From an uncultured Hyphomicrobiales bacterium (GTDB lineage: Bacteria > Pseudomonadota > Alphaproteobacteria > Rhizobiales > TMED25): a stretch of 64,000 nucleotides of DNA. A program made the position numbers and the translations under genes. The stretch's first letter is position 1. Each line of letters opens with the position of its first letter. The DNA lies in NCBI GenBank assembly GCA_905181735.1, contig CAJIYR010000006.1:64803-128802 (forward strand). The letters run 5' to 3'. Positions 55,465 through 64,000 of this stretch are shown piece after piece. The notes under the pieces are model-generated. The model was not told where the DNA came from. It saw only the letters and a program-made list of their open reading frames with translations, and did no database searches.

Positions 55465-57497
55465 GTGATAAAAAAATATTTTGTTTTGGTCTTGGTTATA
55501 CAGGTAAAAATATTTCAAGCTATATTGAAAAAAAATATGGATGGAGTGTATCTGGTACAAAAAGGTCTAACGTTACTGGCGATATAAATGTTTATCGTTA
55601 TGATCCTAATAATGGAATAAAAAATATCAAGTTAGCATTAGAAAATGTAACTGATTTATTAATATCAATCGCCCCTAACTCACAGGGTGATATTGTTTTA
55701 CAAAATAATATAGAAGATATTAATAACCTCTGCCAAACAACGTTAAAAAGGATTATCTACTTATCGACAACTGCAGTCTATGGAAATTATAATGGTGACT
55801 GGATAGATGAAGAAGCTAAATTAAATCCTAGCTCAAAAAGAGCGGTTAACAGGGTTTGTGCAGAGCGGCAATGGTTAGATATTGGTAAAAAATATAATAT
55901 TAACGTCGATATATTGCGTTTATCTGGAATCTATGGTGTAGGACGCAATCAAATAAATAATTTATTATCAGGGAATGCAAAAAGAGTAATTAAAGACGGG
56001 CAAATTTTTAATAGAATTAATGTCGTTGATATATCGATAATAGTCGATAGATTAATAAGTTCTGACTTATATGGCGATATTTATAATATTTCTGACGATG
56101 AGCCTTGTCCACCTCAAGAAGTTGTAGAGTATGCTGCGAATTTAATAGGAGTAAGTCCTCCAGTAGAAGTAGCATTCGATAAATCAAATATGAGCGAAAT
56201 GGCAAAAAGTTTTTACAGTGAATCTAAAAAGGTTTTAAATAATAAAATAAAAGAAAAACTAAATATAGAGCTAATGTTCTCCAATTATAGATGCGGGTTA
56301 AATTCGGTTGTTGATATTAAGAATTTATATCCTAAAGCTGCTAATATAATGCAGGTTGCTCCAGCTATAGATATTGGTGGGGCGGAACAAACCTGTGTTG
56401 AGATTTCATCAGCGCTAAGTCAATGCGGACTAAAATCATACTTAGCGTCATCAAAAGGAAGATTGCTTGGTGAATACTATGCAACAGGGGGTGTGCACAT
56501 AAATTTACCATTAAAAAATAAAAATCCATTTTCATTAATTAAAAATACATTTTCATTAATTCATTTCATTAAGAAGTATAATATTAATATTATTCACGCA
56601 AGGAGCCGAGCACCAGCTTGGAGTGCGTATTTGGCATCTAAAATTACGAGATGCCAATTTATAACGACATATCATGGGATATATGGTGAGAATAATAGAC
56701 TTAAAAGATTTTATAATTCTGTTATGGCAAGAGGGGATATCGTTATAGCCAATTCTGGATTCACAAAAAAAATAATTATGGAACGCTACAATACCCCAGA
56801 ATATAAAATATCTGTAATTCACAGAGGTGTAGACACAGAAAAATTTAATCGAAAAAACATAGATGTTAATCATATTAAGAATTTAATGTCTAATTGGAAA
56901 ATAGATAAGGATACTTCAATAATTTTATTACCAGGGAGAGTAACGGAATGGAAAGGTCATAAAATTGCTTTAGAAGCTGTTTCGCGCATAAAGAAGAATA
57001 ATACTGGTAAATTTAAATTAATATTTACTGGAGATGACAAGAAGCACAAAAGCTATGTTGAAGAGTTAAAATCATTAATCCGCGATCTTAAATTAGAGGA
57101 GGAAGTTCTGTTTACGGGTCATACAAATAATATCGAGAATATGCTCTATATTGCCGATGTAGTTTTGTCAGTATCTGTTAAACCGGAGGCCTTTGGTCGA
57201 ATTATAGCAGAGGCGCAGTCTATGGGTAAGCCAGTAATAGCAACGGATATAGGGCCTGTACGTGAAATATTATCGATACCTTCTCAAGAAAAATTAATAC
57301 AAAGAACTGGTTGGGTTTTTAAAAAGAATGATATTGATGAATTAGTTTCTTGTATTAATATGGCTCTGAAATTAGATAATCATGACAAAACAACGATCGC
57401 TAATATAGCAAGGGATAATATGGTATTGAATTTTACTACCAAGATAATGACAGAAAAAACAATAAGGATATACTCAAGTTTATTGGGTAAGAATTAA
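55461..57497 (+). CDS. Fusion protein: N-terminal NAD-binding SDR/epimerase-like domain + C-terminal GT4 glycosyltransferase
   Basis: A single uninterrupted 678-codon frame. Residues 1 to about 290 carry FGLGYTG (Rossmann) and STTAVYG. Residues from about 297 to 678 carry a GT-B fold with the EX7E motif (EAFGRIIAEAQ). The TTG start overlaps the queG stop (TTGA). Confidence 0.75.
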   Translation: MSDKKIFCFGLGYTGKNISSYIEKKYGWSVSGTKRSNVTGDINVYRYDPNNGIKNIKLALENVTDLLISIAPNSQGDIVLQNNIEDINNLCQTTLKRIIYLSTTAVYGNYNGDWIDEEAKLNPSSKRAVNRVCAERQWLDIGKKYNINVDILRLSGIYGVGRNQINNLLSGNAKRVIKDGQIFNRINVVDISIIVDRLISSDLYGDIYNISDDEPCPPQEVVEYAANLIGVSPPVEVAFDKSNMSEMAKSFYSESKKVLNNKIKEKLNIELMFSNYRCGLNSVVDIKNLYPKAANIMQVAPAIDIGGAEQTCVEISSALSQCGLKSYLASSKGRLLGEYYATGGVHINLPLKNKNPFSLIKNTFSLIHFIKKYNINIIHARSRAPAWSAYLASKITRCQFITTYHGIYGENNRLKRFYNSVMARGDIVIANSGFTKKIIMERYNTPEYKISVIHRGVDTEKFNRKNIDVNHIKNLMSNWKIDKDTSIILLPGRVTEWKGHKIALEAVSRIKKNNTGKFKLIFTGDDKKHKSYVEELKSLIRDLKLEEEVLFTGHTNNIENMLYIADVVLSVSVKPEAFGRIIAEAQSMGKPVIATDIGPVREILSIPSQEKLIQRTGWVFKKNDIDELVSCINMALKLDNHDKTTIANIARDNMVLNFTTKIMTEKTIRIYSSLLGKN

Positions 57498-57560
57498 ATA
57501 TAATTGTTTAATTCTTATAAACAATATATATATATTACATAAAAATAAAGGAGGATTACC

Positions 57561-58103
57561 ATAGTTAAAAAACCACAAGAGGGTCTTAAGGAGCGAGTAG
57601 CTAAAGGACCGCGTATTAATGAGCAGATATTAGCAAATGAAATACGTTTAATAGGGGCTGATAGTGAGAATTTTGGGCAAGTAACTTTAGCATTTGGCTT
57701 TGAAGAAGCTGATAAGGTGGGTTTAGACTTAGTTGAAATATCGCCTAACTCTGATTTACCTGTTTGTAAAATAATGGACTATGGTAAATTTAAATATCAA
57801 GAACAAAAGAAAGCAGCAGAAGCAAGAAAAAAACAAAAAACTTTTGATGTTAAAGAAATAAAAATGAGACCTAATATAGACGTACATGATTACGAAGTTA
57901 AAATGAAGAGCATGCGAAAGTTTTTAGATGTTGGTGATAAAGTAAAAATTTCACTAAGATTTAGGGGGCGTGAGATGTCGCACTCCGAACTGGGAATTAA
58001 GTTGTTAAATAAAGTGAAAGCAGATATAGTTGAAAATGCTAAGGTTGAGTTGGAGCCTAAGTTTGAAGGACGCCAGATTATTATGGTTTTAGCGCCAAAA
58101 TAA
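57561..58103 (+). CDS. infC: Translation initiation factor IF-3 (ATA start)
   Basis: IF-3 sequence begins upstream of the track ORF (...[27 protein letters not shown]...). The frame opens at 57549 after a TAA. An AAGGAGG Shine-Dalgarno (57548-57554) lies 6 nt before the ATA at 57561. No canonical start is available upstream of the conserved N-domain. Confidence 0.85.
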   Translation: MVKKPQEGLKERVAKGPRINEQILANEIRLIGADSENFGQVTLAFGFEEADKVGLDLVEISPNSDLPVCKIMDYGKFKYQEQKKAAEARKKQKTFDVKEIKMRPNIDVHDYEVKMKSMRKFLDVGDKVKISLRFRGREMSHSELGIKLLNKVKADIVENAKVELEPKFEGRQIIMVLAPK

Positions 58104-58161
58104 CAGCTAGTTATCTATTGATTAGTAATTTATAATTAAATTATAAATTTATATTCTTTTA

Positions 58162-58184
58162 GGTTGTAAAATGCATTTACAACC
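58162..58184 (+). promoter_or_regulatory. 9-bp perfect hairpin in infC-rpmI spacer (terminator/attenuator or L20-leader element candidate)
   Basis: GGTTGTAAA-ATGCA-TTTACAACC. It is followed by only a weak T-rich tract. Confidence 0.35.
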
Positions 58185-58273
58185 CTTATAACATTTTCTG
58201 TTATATGTATTAATGTCTACGATGTACCGGGTTATAAATAACTGGGCAATAAATTGATTTCGAGGAGTTAAAA

Positions 58274-58471
58274 ATGCCGAAGCTTAAGACAAAATCAGGA
58301 GCTAAAAAACGTTTTAAAATAACTAAATCTGGAAAGATAATGTGTGCGCAAGCAGGTAAACGTCACGGTATGATTAAACGTACAAATAAATTTATACGCA
58401 ATGCTAGGGGAATGTCTGTTTTATCTGCACCCGATCAAAAAATAGTTAGGCAATTTTTACCATATAGTTGA
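58274..58471 (+). CDS. rpmI: 50S ribosomal protein L35
   Basis: Starts [21 protein letters not shown]. 65 aa. Confidence 0.92.
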   Translation: MPKLKTKSGAKKRFKITKSGKIMCAQAGKRHGMIKRTNKFIRNARGMSVLSAPDQKIVRQFLPYS

Positions 58472-58490
58472 TAAGATTTGAGGAAATAAA

Positions 58491-58847
58491 ATGGCAAGAG
58501 TAAAAAGAGGCGTTACAGCTCACGCAAGGCACGCAAAAGTTATTGGTAATGCTAAAGGGTATTATGGTAGACGGAAAAATACCTTTCGTGTTGCAAAGCA
58601 AGCTGTTGAGAAGGCAGGACAATATGCTTATCGAGATAGGAAAGTAAGAAAAAGAGATTTTAGAGGTCTTTGGATCCAAAGAATTAATGCTGCAGTTAGA
58701 GCGAGCGGGTTAAAATATTCAACATTTATTTATGGTTTAAATAAAGCAGGAATTGAAGTTGATAGAAAAGTGTTAGCTGATCTAGCTGTTAATGAACCCC
58801 AAGTGTTTTCTGAAATTGTATCAAAAGTAACTGTTGCACTCGGTTAA
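58491..58847 (+). CDS. rplT: 50S ribosomal protein L20
   Basis: Starts [14 protein letters not shown] and contains [13 protein letters not shown]. Confidence 0.95.
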   Translation: MARVKRGVTAHARHAKVIGNAKGYYGRRKNTFRVAKQAVEKAGQYAYRDRKVRKRDFRGLWIQRINAAVRASGLKYSTFIYGLNKAGIEVDRKVLADLAVNEPQVFSEIVSKVTVALG

Positions 58848-58935
58848 TTACAGTAAAGAAGTTAATAAATCTTATTGTTAATTATCCGATCATCTAATAC
58901 TATTATATATACTTAAGATATAAAATGAAAGTTAT

Positions 58936-60030
58936 GTGATGGGGAAAATACAGGATCTAGCCATCCTTGAAAACGATATAATAAGCAATATCGAAAAATC
59001 ACTCAGTCTAAGCGATATAGAGAAAATCAGAATCTCTTCTATGGGGAAAAAAGGCACCGTTTCATTGTTAATGAGAGAACTCGGTGCGATGTCACCAGAA
59101 GAGAAAAAAGATTACGGTTCTAAGCTCAATAATTTAAAAAATGTTATTAATAATAAAATTAATGAAAAACAGGTTATTCTTGAAGATCTTGTAATAGATA
59201 AATCAGTCGCTGATGAAAAAGTGGATGTAACTTTGCCATTGCAAAAAACTTCACTTGAACTCGGAAGGATACATCCTGTAAGTCAAGTTATGGATGAAAT
59301 ATCCGAGATATTTTCTGATATGGGATTTGCCATTGCTGAAGGCCCGGATATTGAAGACGATTACCATAATTTTTCAGCTCTAAATATTCCGGAAAGTCAT
59401 CCAGCGCGTCAAATGGTTGATACCTTTTATCTCCCTTCCGACGATGAGGATAAAGCTCTAGTTTTAAGAACGCATACAAGTCCAGTGCAAATACGTACAA
59501 TGATTTCAGAAAAACCTCCTATTAGGATGATAGCTCCTGGTCGAACGTATCGTTCTGATTCCGATCAAACTCACACACCAATGTTTCATCAAGTTGAGGG
59601 GCTTGTTATTGATAGTGACGCTAATATGGGGCAGTTAAAATGGTGCTTAGAAGAATTTTGTAAGATATTTTTTGAAATTAATTCTATTAATATGCGCTTT
59701 AGACCTAGTTATTTTCCGTTTACAGAACCTTCGTTAGAAGTTGATATAGGATGCAGTAGGGTAGGAAATGAATTAAAAATTGGAGGAGACGATCAATGGT
59801 TAGAAGTTTTAGGAAGCGGAATGGTTCATCCTCAAGTTTTAAGAAATGTTAATTTGGATCCAGATATATACAAAGGCTTTGCATTCGGAATGGGCATAGA
59901 TCGTCTGGCGATGTTAAAGTACGGTATGTCTGACTTAAGGTCGTTTTTTGATGCAGATTTAAGATGGTTAAAGCATTATGGATTCAAATGTTTGGACATT
60001 CCTTCGTTGAGCGGAGGTTTAAGTAAATGA
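58936..60030 (+). CDS. pheS: Phenylalanine--tRNA ligase alpha subunit
   Basis: Class II aaRS motifs ([32 protein letters not shown]). The start is the GTG at 58936 or the adjacent ATG at 58939. Confidence 0.95.
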   Translation: MMGKIQDLAILENDIISNIEKSLSLSDIEKIRISSMGKKGTVSLLMRELGAMSPEEKKDYGSKLNNLKNVINNKINEKQVILEDLVIDKSVADEKVDVTLPLQKTSLELGRIHPVSQVMDEISEIFSDMGFAIAEGPDIEDDYHNFSALNIPESHPARQMVDTFYLPSDDEDKALVLRTHTSPVQIRTMISEKPPIRMIAPGRTYRSDSDQTHTPMFHQVEGLVIDSDANMGQLKWCLEEFCKIFFEINSINMRFRPSYFPFTEPSLEVDIGCSRVGNELKIGGDDQWLEVLGSGMVHPQVLRNVNLDPDIYKGFAFGMGIDRLAMLKYGMSDLRSFFDADLRWLKHYGFKCLDIPSLSGGLSK

Positions 60031-62441
60031 AATTTACTGTTTCATGGCTAAAGGAACATTTAGATACAGAGTGTTCTTCAGAGGAAATACTTGAAAAATT
60101 AAACATGATAGGACTCGAAGTTGAATCTTACGCTAACCCAAAAAAATTATATGAAGATTTTTCTGTTTGCAAGGTTATATCGTTAGAGAAGCATCCAGAT
60201 GCAAATAAATTAAACAAATGCTTGCTTGATACAAAGAATGGTCATGTGAGCGTCATTTGCGGCGCTAATAATGTAAAAGTAGGAATGAAAGCAGTATTTG
60301 CTCCTGTGGGAACGTATGTCCCTGGGTTAGATATATATTTGAAATCAACTAAGATAAGAGGGATCCAATCTGATGGAATGCTTGTTTCTGAAAAAGAATT
60401 ATTATTATCAGATGAACACGATGGCATAATAGAATTAGATAATAAAGCAGAAGTAGGGCTGTCTATCGATAATTTTTTTGACCTCGGAGATGAAGTCATT
60501 GAAATAGGAGTTACCCCAAATAGATCGGATGCTTTAGGGGTTAATGGAATTGCTAGGGATCTTTCTGCATCAGGTATTGGAAGTATAAAGCAATCTGTTA
60601 TAAATGAGGTAAAAGAAAAAATAATATGTGATAAATCTTTTTCTATAGATCCTCTTTTGGAAAAAGAGGAAAATATTACAGCTAGCTTTAGATTAATCAA
60701 AAATGTAAATAATGTTGAATCTCCAAAATGGCTACAAGACAGGCTTAAGTCTATTGGTTTAAGGCCAATAAGTTCTCTTGTTGATATCACTAATTATTTA
60801 ACATTTGATTCCTGTAGGCCTTTGCATGTTTTTGATGCAGATAAAATTGGTAGAGATATTTATATAAGAAAAGCCATTAGTGGAGAAAAAATTCAAACAT
60901 TAGATGACAGTGAATATAATTTAGATCCTAGTGTAACCGTTATTGCGGATGATCAGGGAGCGGATTCTATCGCTGGTATCATAGGAGGTGTTCGAACAAG
61001 CTGTGGAATCGACACTAAGAATGTTTTGATAGAAAGTGCAATTTGGGATAAAATCAATACCGCTGAAACAGGAAGAAAGCTAGGAATTATTACCGATGCT
61101 CGTTATAGGTACGAAAGAGGTGTTGATCCAGATTTTATAGTTTCTGGAATAGAAATTGCAACAAATATGATACAAGATATCTGCGGAGGAGAGGCATCGG
61201 AGATTATTAGTTTGGGGGAATACAAACCAGACAATAAGATAATTAATTTTAACATATCGGAGATTGAAAGATTAGTTGGAATAAGCGTTGATAAGGAATC
61301 GGTTATTAAAATATTGGATAAATTAGGCTTTATGGTTAAAGATATGAATGAAAATCTATCTATTAAAGCTCCAAGTTGGAGGCATGATATTAGCGAAAAA
61401 GCCTGTATAGTTGAAGAAATCATTAGAATTATTGGTACTGATAAAATTCAATCTAAACCGTTGGCAAAAAATACAAAGATAAAAACCAAAATATTATCAA
61501 ATATGCAGAATAGGAGGCGTACAGGAAGAAGAGCGCTGGCATCAAGGGGTATGGTTGAAGCCATAACATGGTCTTTTATACCGCATAATCATGCTGTAAT
61601 TTTTGGTGGTGGTCAGAAAAAATTGCAATTAATAAATCCAATATCTTCAGAATTGAATACAATGAGACCATCTCTTTTTCCTAATTTAATAGCTTCTGCA
61701 AAAAGAAACCATGATCGTGGACTAAGGGATATATCATTGTTTGAACTAGGGCAGTGTTATAAAGGTGTTAATCCTGAGGATCAAGTAGATAATGCTGCAG
61801 GAATTCGTTTTGGTAATGCCTTAGGTATGGGTGGTTCAGGCGACTGGCGAGAGCCAAAAAGAGAATATAATGTTTTTGATGTTAAAGAGGATGTGATAAC
61901 ATTGTTAGCTGTCTTGGGAATGGCTGAAAATAAATATCAACTATCTACAGAGACCCCTCCGTGGTATCATCCAGGGAAGTCAGGTGTTTTACGGCAAGGG
62001 CCAAAAAATATCATAGCATATTTTGGAGAAATTCATCCAAGGGTAATTAAGAAGTTTGGTTTATCTGGTTCGTTATTAGGTTTTGAGGTTATGTTAAATA
62101 ATATCCCTGATTTAAAAAATAAATTAAGCCTTTCACGGGGTAGATTTCATCTTTCAGATTTAATGAGCGTGTCTCGTGATTTTGCATTCGTTGTTGATGA
62201 GGAAATAAATGCAGATAAATTAATTAAGGTAATAAAAAATATAGATCAAAAAATAATATCAGAAGTGAAGCTATTTGATGTCTATAGAGGAAAAAATATT
62301 GATAGCAATAAAAAATCTATTGCTGTCGAAGTTAAAATGCAACCAGAAAAATTAACTTTTACTGACCAAGAAATTGATGCTATCTCATCTAAAATTATAA
62401 AAGAAGTATCTAATTCTCTAGGTGCGGTTCTGAGGTCTTAG
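60027..62441 (+). CDS. pheT: Phenylalanine--tRNA ligase beta subunit
   Basis: 804 aa starting [11 protein letters not shown], with tRNA-binding, B3/4, B5 and FDX-ACB domains in the usual order. It overlaps pheS by 4 nt. Confidence 0.95.
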   Translation: MKFTVSWLKEHLDTECSSEEILEKLNMIGLEVESYANPKKLYEDFSVCKVISLEKHPDANKLNKCLLDTKNGHVSVICGANNVKVGMKAVFAPVGTYVPGLDIYLKSTKIRGIQSDGMLVSEKELLLSDEHDGIIELDNKAEVGLSIDNFFDLGDEVIEIGVTPNRSDALGVNGIARDLSASGIGSIKQSVINEVKEKIICDKSFSIDPLLEKEENITASFRLIKNVNNVESPKWLQDRLKSIGLRPISSLVDITNYLTFDSCRPLHVFDADKIGRDIYIRKAISGEKIQTLDDSEYNLDPSVTVIADDQGADSIAGIIGGVRTSCGIDTKNVLIESAIWDKINTAETGRKLGIITDARYRYERGVDPDFIVSGIEIATNMIQDICGGEASEIISLGEYKPDNKIINFNISEIERLVGISVDKESVIKILDKLGFMVKDMNENLSIKAPSWRHDISEKACIVEEIIRIIGTDKIQSKPLAKNTKIKTKILSNMQNRRRTGRRALASRGMVEAITWSFIPHNHAVIFGGGQKKLQLINPISSELNTMRPSLFPNLIASAKRNHDRGLRDISLFELGQCYKGVNPEDQVDNAAGIRFGNALGMGGSGDWREPKREYNVFDVKEDVITLLAVLGMAENKYQLSTETPPWYHPGKSGVLRQGPKNIIAYFGEIHPRVIKKFGLSGSLLGFEVMLNNIPDLKNKLSLSRGRFHLSDLMSVSRDFAFVVDEEINADKLIKVIKNIDQKIISEVKLFDVYRGKNIDSNKKSIAVEVKMQPEKLTFTDQEIDAISSKIIKEVSNSLGAVLRS

Positions 62442-62449
62442 ATAGATTA

Positions 62450-64000
62450 ATGGATAATCAAAAAAATATTCGTAATTTTTCTATAATCGCACATATTGAT
62501 CACGGAAAGTCAACAATAGCTGATCGTCTAATCCAGTTAACAGGCGGGTTAAGTCTTAGAGACATGAAGGAGCAAGTTCTTGATTCAATGGACTTGGAAA
62601 GAGAGCGTGGTATTACCATAAAGGCACAAGCTGTGTCGTTGAATTATCTAGCAGATGACGGACAATCGTATTTGTTAAATATCATAGATACTCCTGGACA
62701 CGTTGATTTTGCTTATGAAGTGAACAGGTCATTAGCTGCATGCGAAGGATCTGTCCTTATTGTTGATGCAAGCCAAGGTGTTGAAGCTCAAACATTAGCA
62801 AATGTGTACCAAGCTATATCAAATAATCATGAAATTTTAATCGTTCTAAATAAGATAGATTTACCTGCATCTGATCCACCAAGAATCAAAGAACAAATAG
62901 AAGATGTTATTGGCTTAGATGCGAGTGATGCGATTGAAGTATCTGCTAAGACAGGTCTGGGAATGGAAAGCTTGCTTGAAGCTATTGTTAAAAAGTTACC
63001 TCACCCTACTGGGTCAGTAGAATCTCCGTTAAAAGCCTTGTTAGTAGATTCTTGGTACGACACATATCTCGGAGTGGTAGTATTGGTAAGAATTATTGAT
63101 GGTACCGTTAAGAAGGGGCAAAAAATAAAGTTCATGTCGAATTCTACGGTATATCAAGTTGACCGGGTTGGTATTTATGGTCCTAATCAAACATTAACAG
63201 AAGAACTTAGTGCAGGACAGATTGGATTTATTACAGCTTCAATTAAGGAGGTGGCTGACACAAAGGTTGGTGATACAGTTACAGATGATAAAAATCCATG
63301 TGCAACTGCTCTGGACGGATTTAATCCTTCTCAGCCAGTTGTTTTTTGTGGTCTGTTTCCTCTAGACTCCTCTGAATTTGATAATTTAAGAGATGCAATG
63401 GAAAAACTTAGATTAAACGATTCAAGTTTTGTATTCGAAATGGAGACTTCAGCAGCTTTGGGTTTAGGTTTTAGGTGTGGATTCCTTGGTTTATTGCATC
63501 TTGAGGTTATATGCGAAAGAGTAGACAGAGAATATGGAATAGAATTAATCACAACAGCTCCAAGCGTAATTTACAAAATACACACTACAGATAACAAGCT
63601 ATTAGATCTTCATAATCCAGTTGACCTTCCGGAAACAGAAAAAATTAATTTTATAGAAGAACCTTGGATATCCGCAACAATCCTTGTGCCAGATGATTAC
63701 CTTGGAGCAATACTTAAATTATGCGAAGAAAGAAGGGGTGTTCAGAAAGAACTTACATACGCAGGAGATCGTGCGATGTTAATTTATGAATTGCCTTTAA
63801 ACGAGGTTGTCTTTGACTTTTACGATAGATTAAAATCTGTTTCTAGGGGTTATGCAAGTTTTGATTATCAAATAATTGATTATAGAAAATCTGATTTAGT
63901 CAAAATGCAGATCCGTGTTAACGAGGAACCAGTTGATGCATTAGCGATTATAGTTCACAGAGCTGGTGCAGAAACTCGTGGGAGAGTGATGGTTGAAAAA
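62450..64000 (+). CDS. lepA: Elongation factor 4 (LepA), 3'-truncated by window edge
   Basis: Not in the ORF track because no stop falls within the window. Starts [22 protein letters not shown] (G1) and contains DTPGHVDF (G3) and NKIDL (G4). I saw no in-frame stop from 62450 to the window end. Confidence 0.9.
   Translation, partial: MDNQKNIRNFSIIAHIDHGKSTIADRLIQLTGGLSLRDMKEQVLDSMDLERERGITIKAQAVSLNYLADDGQSYLLNIIDTPGHVDFAYEVNRSLAACEGSVLIVDASQGVEAQTLANVYQAISNNHEILIVLNKIDLPASDPPRIKEQIEDVIGLDASDAIEVSAKTGLGMESLLEAIVKKLPHPTGSVESPLKALLVDSWYDTYLGVVVLVRIIDGTVKKGQKIKFMSNSTVYQVDRVGIYGPNQTLTEELSAGQIGFITASIKEVADTKVGDTVTDDKNPCATALDGFNPSQPVVFCGLFPLDSSEFDNLRDAMEKLRLNDSSFVFEMETSAALGLGFRCGFLGLLHLEVICERVDREYGIELITTAPSVIYKIHTTDNKLLDLHNPVDLPETEKINFIEEPWISATILVPDDYLGAILKLCEERRGVQKELTYAGDRAMLIYELPLNEVVFDFYDRLKSVSRGYASFDYQIIDYRKSDLVKMQIRVNEEPVDALAIIVHRAGAETRGRVMVEK

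Noticed and set aside
1-64000. Search for CRISPR arrays, long direct or inverted repeats, IS elements, toxin-antitoxin pairs, reverse transcriptases and known defence-system genes.
   Set aside because: None was recognised by eye. The repeats found are limited to short palindromes and two in-frame micro-duplications, which are reported separately.

Overview
This 64-kb window comes from a very AT-rich, tightly packed bacterial chromosome with short spacers and many 1-14 nt start/stop overlaps. Gene content and order (gcrA; argD-argF-hslO; rpmH-rnpA-yidC-engB; SRP RNA-dnaX-ybaB-recR; lptC-lptA-lptB-rpoN; infC-rpmI-rplT-pheS-pheT) suggest a streamlined free-living alphaproteobacterium, possibly Pelagibacterales-like. 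That taxonomic call is inference only. I can support about 66 CDS, 2 tRNAs (Thr-GGU, Phe-GAA), 1 SRP RNA that is absent from the ORF track, rpmH (also absent from the track), and a few palindromes or hairpins. I recognise no CRISPR array, transposase, integrase, prophage or known defence genes. Most of the window is ordinary housekeeping: arginine, lysine and histidine biosynthesis, translation, LPS export and replication. Three accessory blocks stand out. (1) An 11-gene catabolic block at 36.8-47.4 kb has no regulator. It sits between tRNA-Phe and the 3' end of rpoN, where hpf/ptsN normally lie. It carries a TRAP transporter, a thioredoxin-fold protein, an MLE-type enolase-superfamily enzyme, two Gfo/Idh/MocA oxidoreductases, a TerC membrane protein, a TauD-type dioxygenase, a CMD-family protein and an amidohydrolase_2 enzyme, plus a 38-bp near-perfect palindrome in its divergent promoter. 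I cannot assign this block to a known pathway, and it is the best candidate here for something undescribed. (2) yejABEF lies convergent with an SH3-NlpC/P60 peptidase and an M17 aminopeptidase, which may form a cell-wall peptide salvage module. (3) A four-gene minus-strand cluster encodes an MBL hydrolase, an atypical ICL/PEP-mutase-fold protein, a CMD protein and a DmpA/S58 peptidase. Smaller oddities are a fused SDR-glycosyltransferase ORF, an NDUFA9-like SDR whose Rossmann motif lies upstream of any canonical start codon, and an ATA-initiated infC. All functional calls rest on motif and family recognition by eye. No searches were run.
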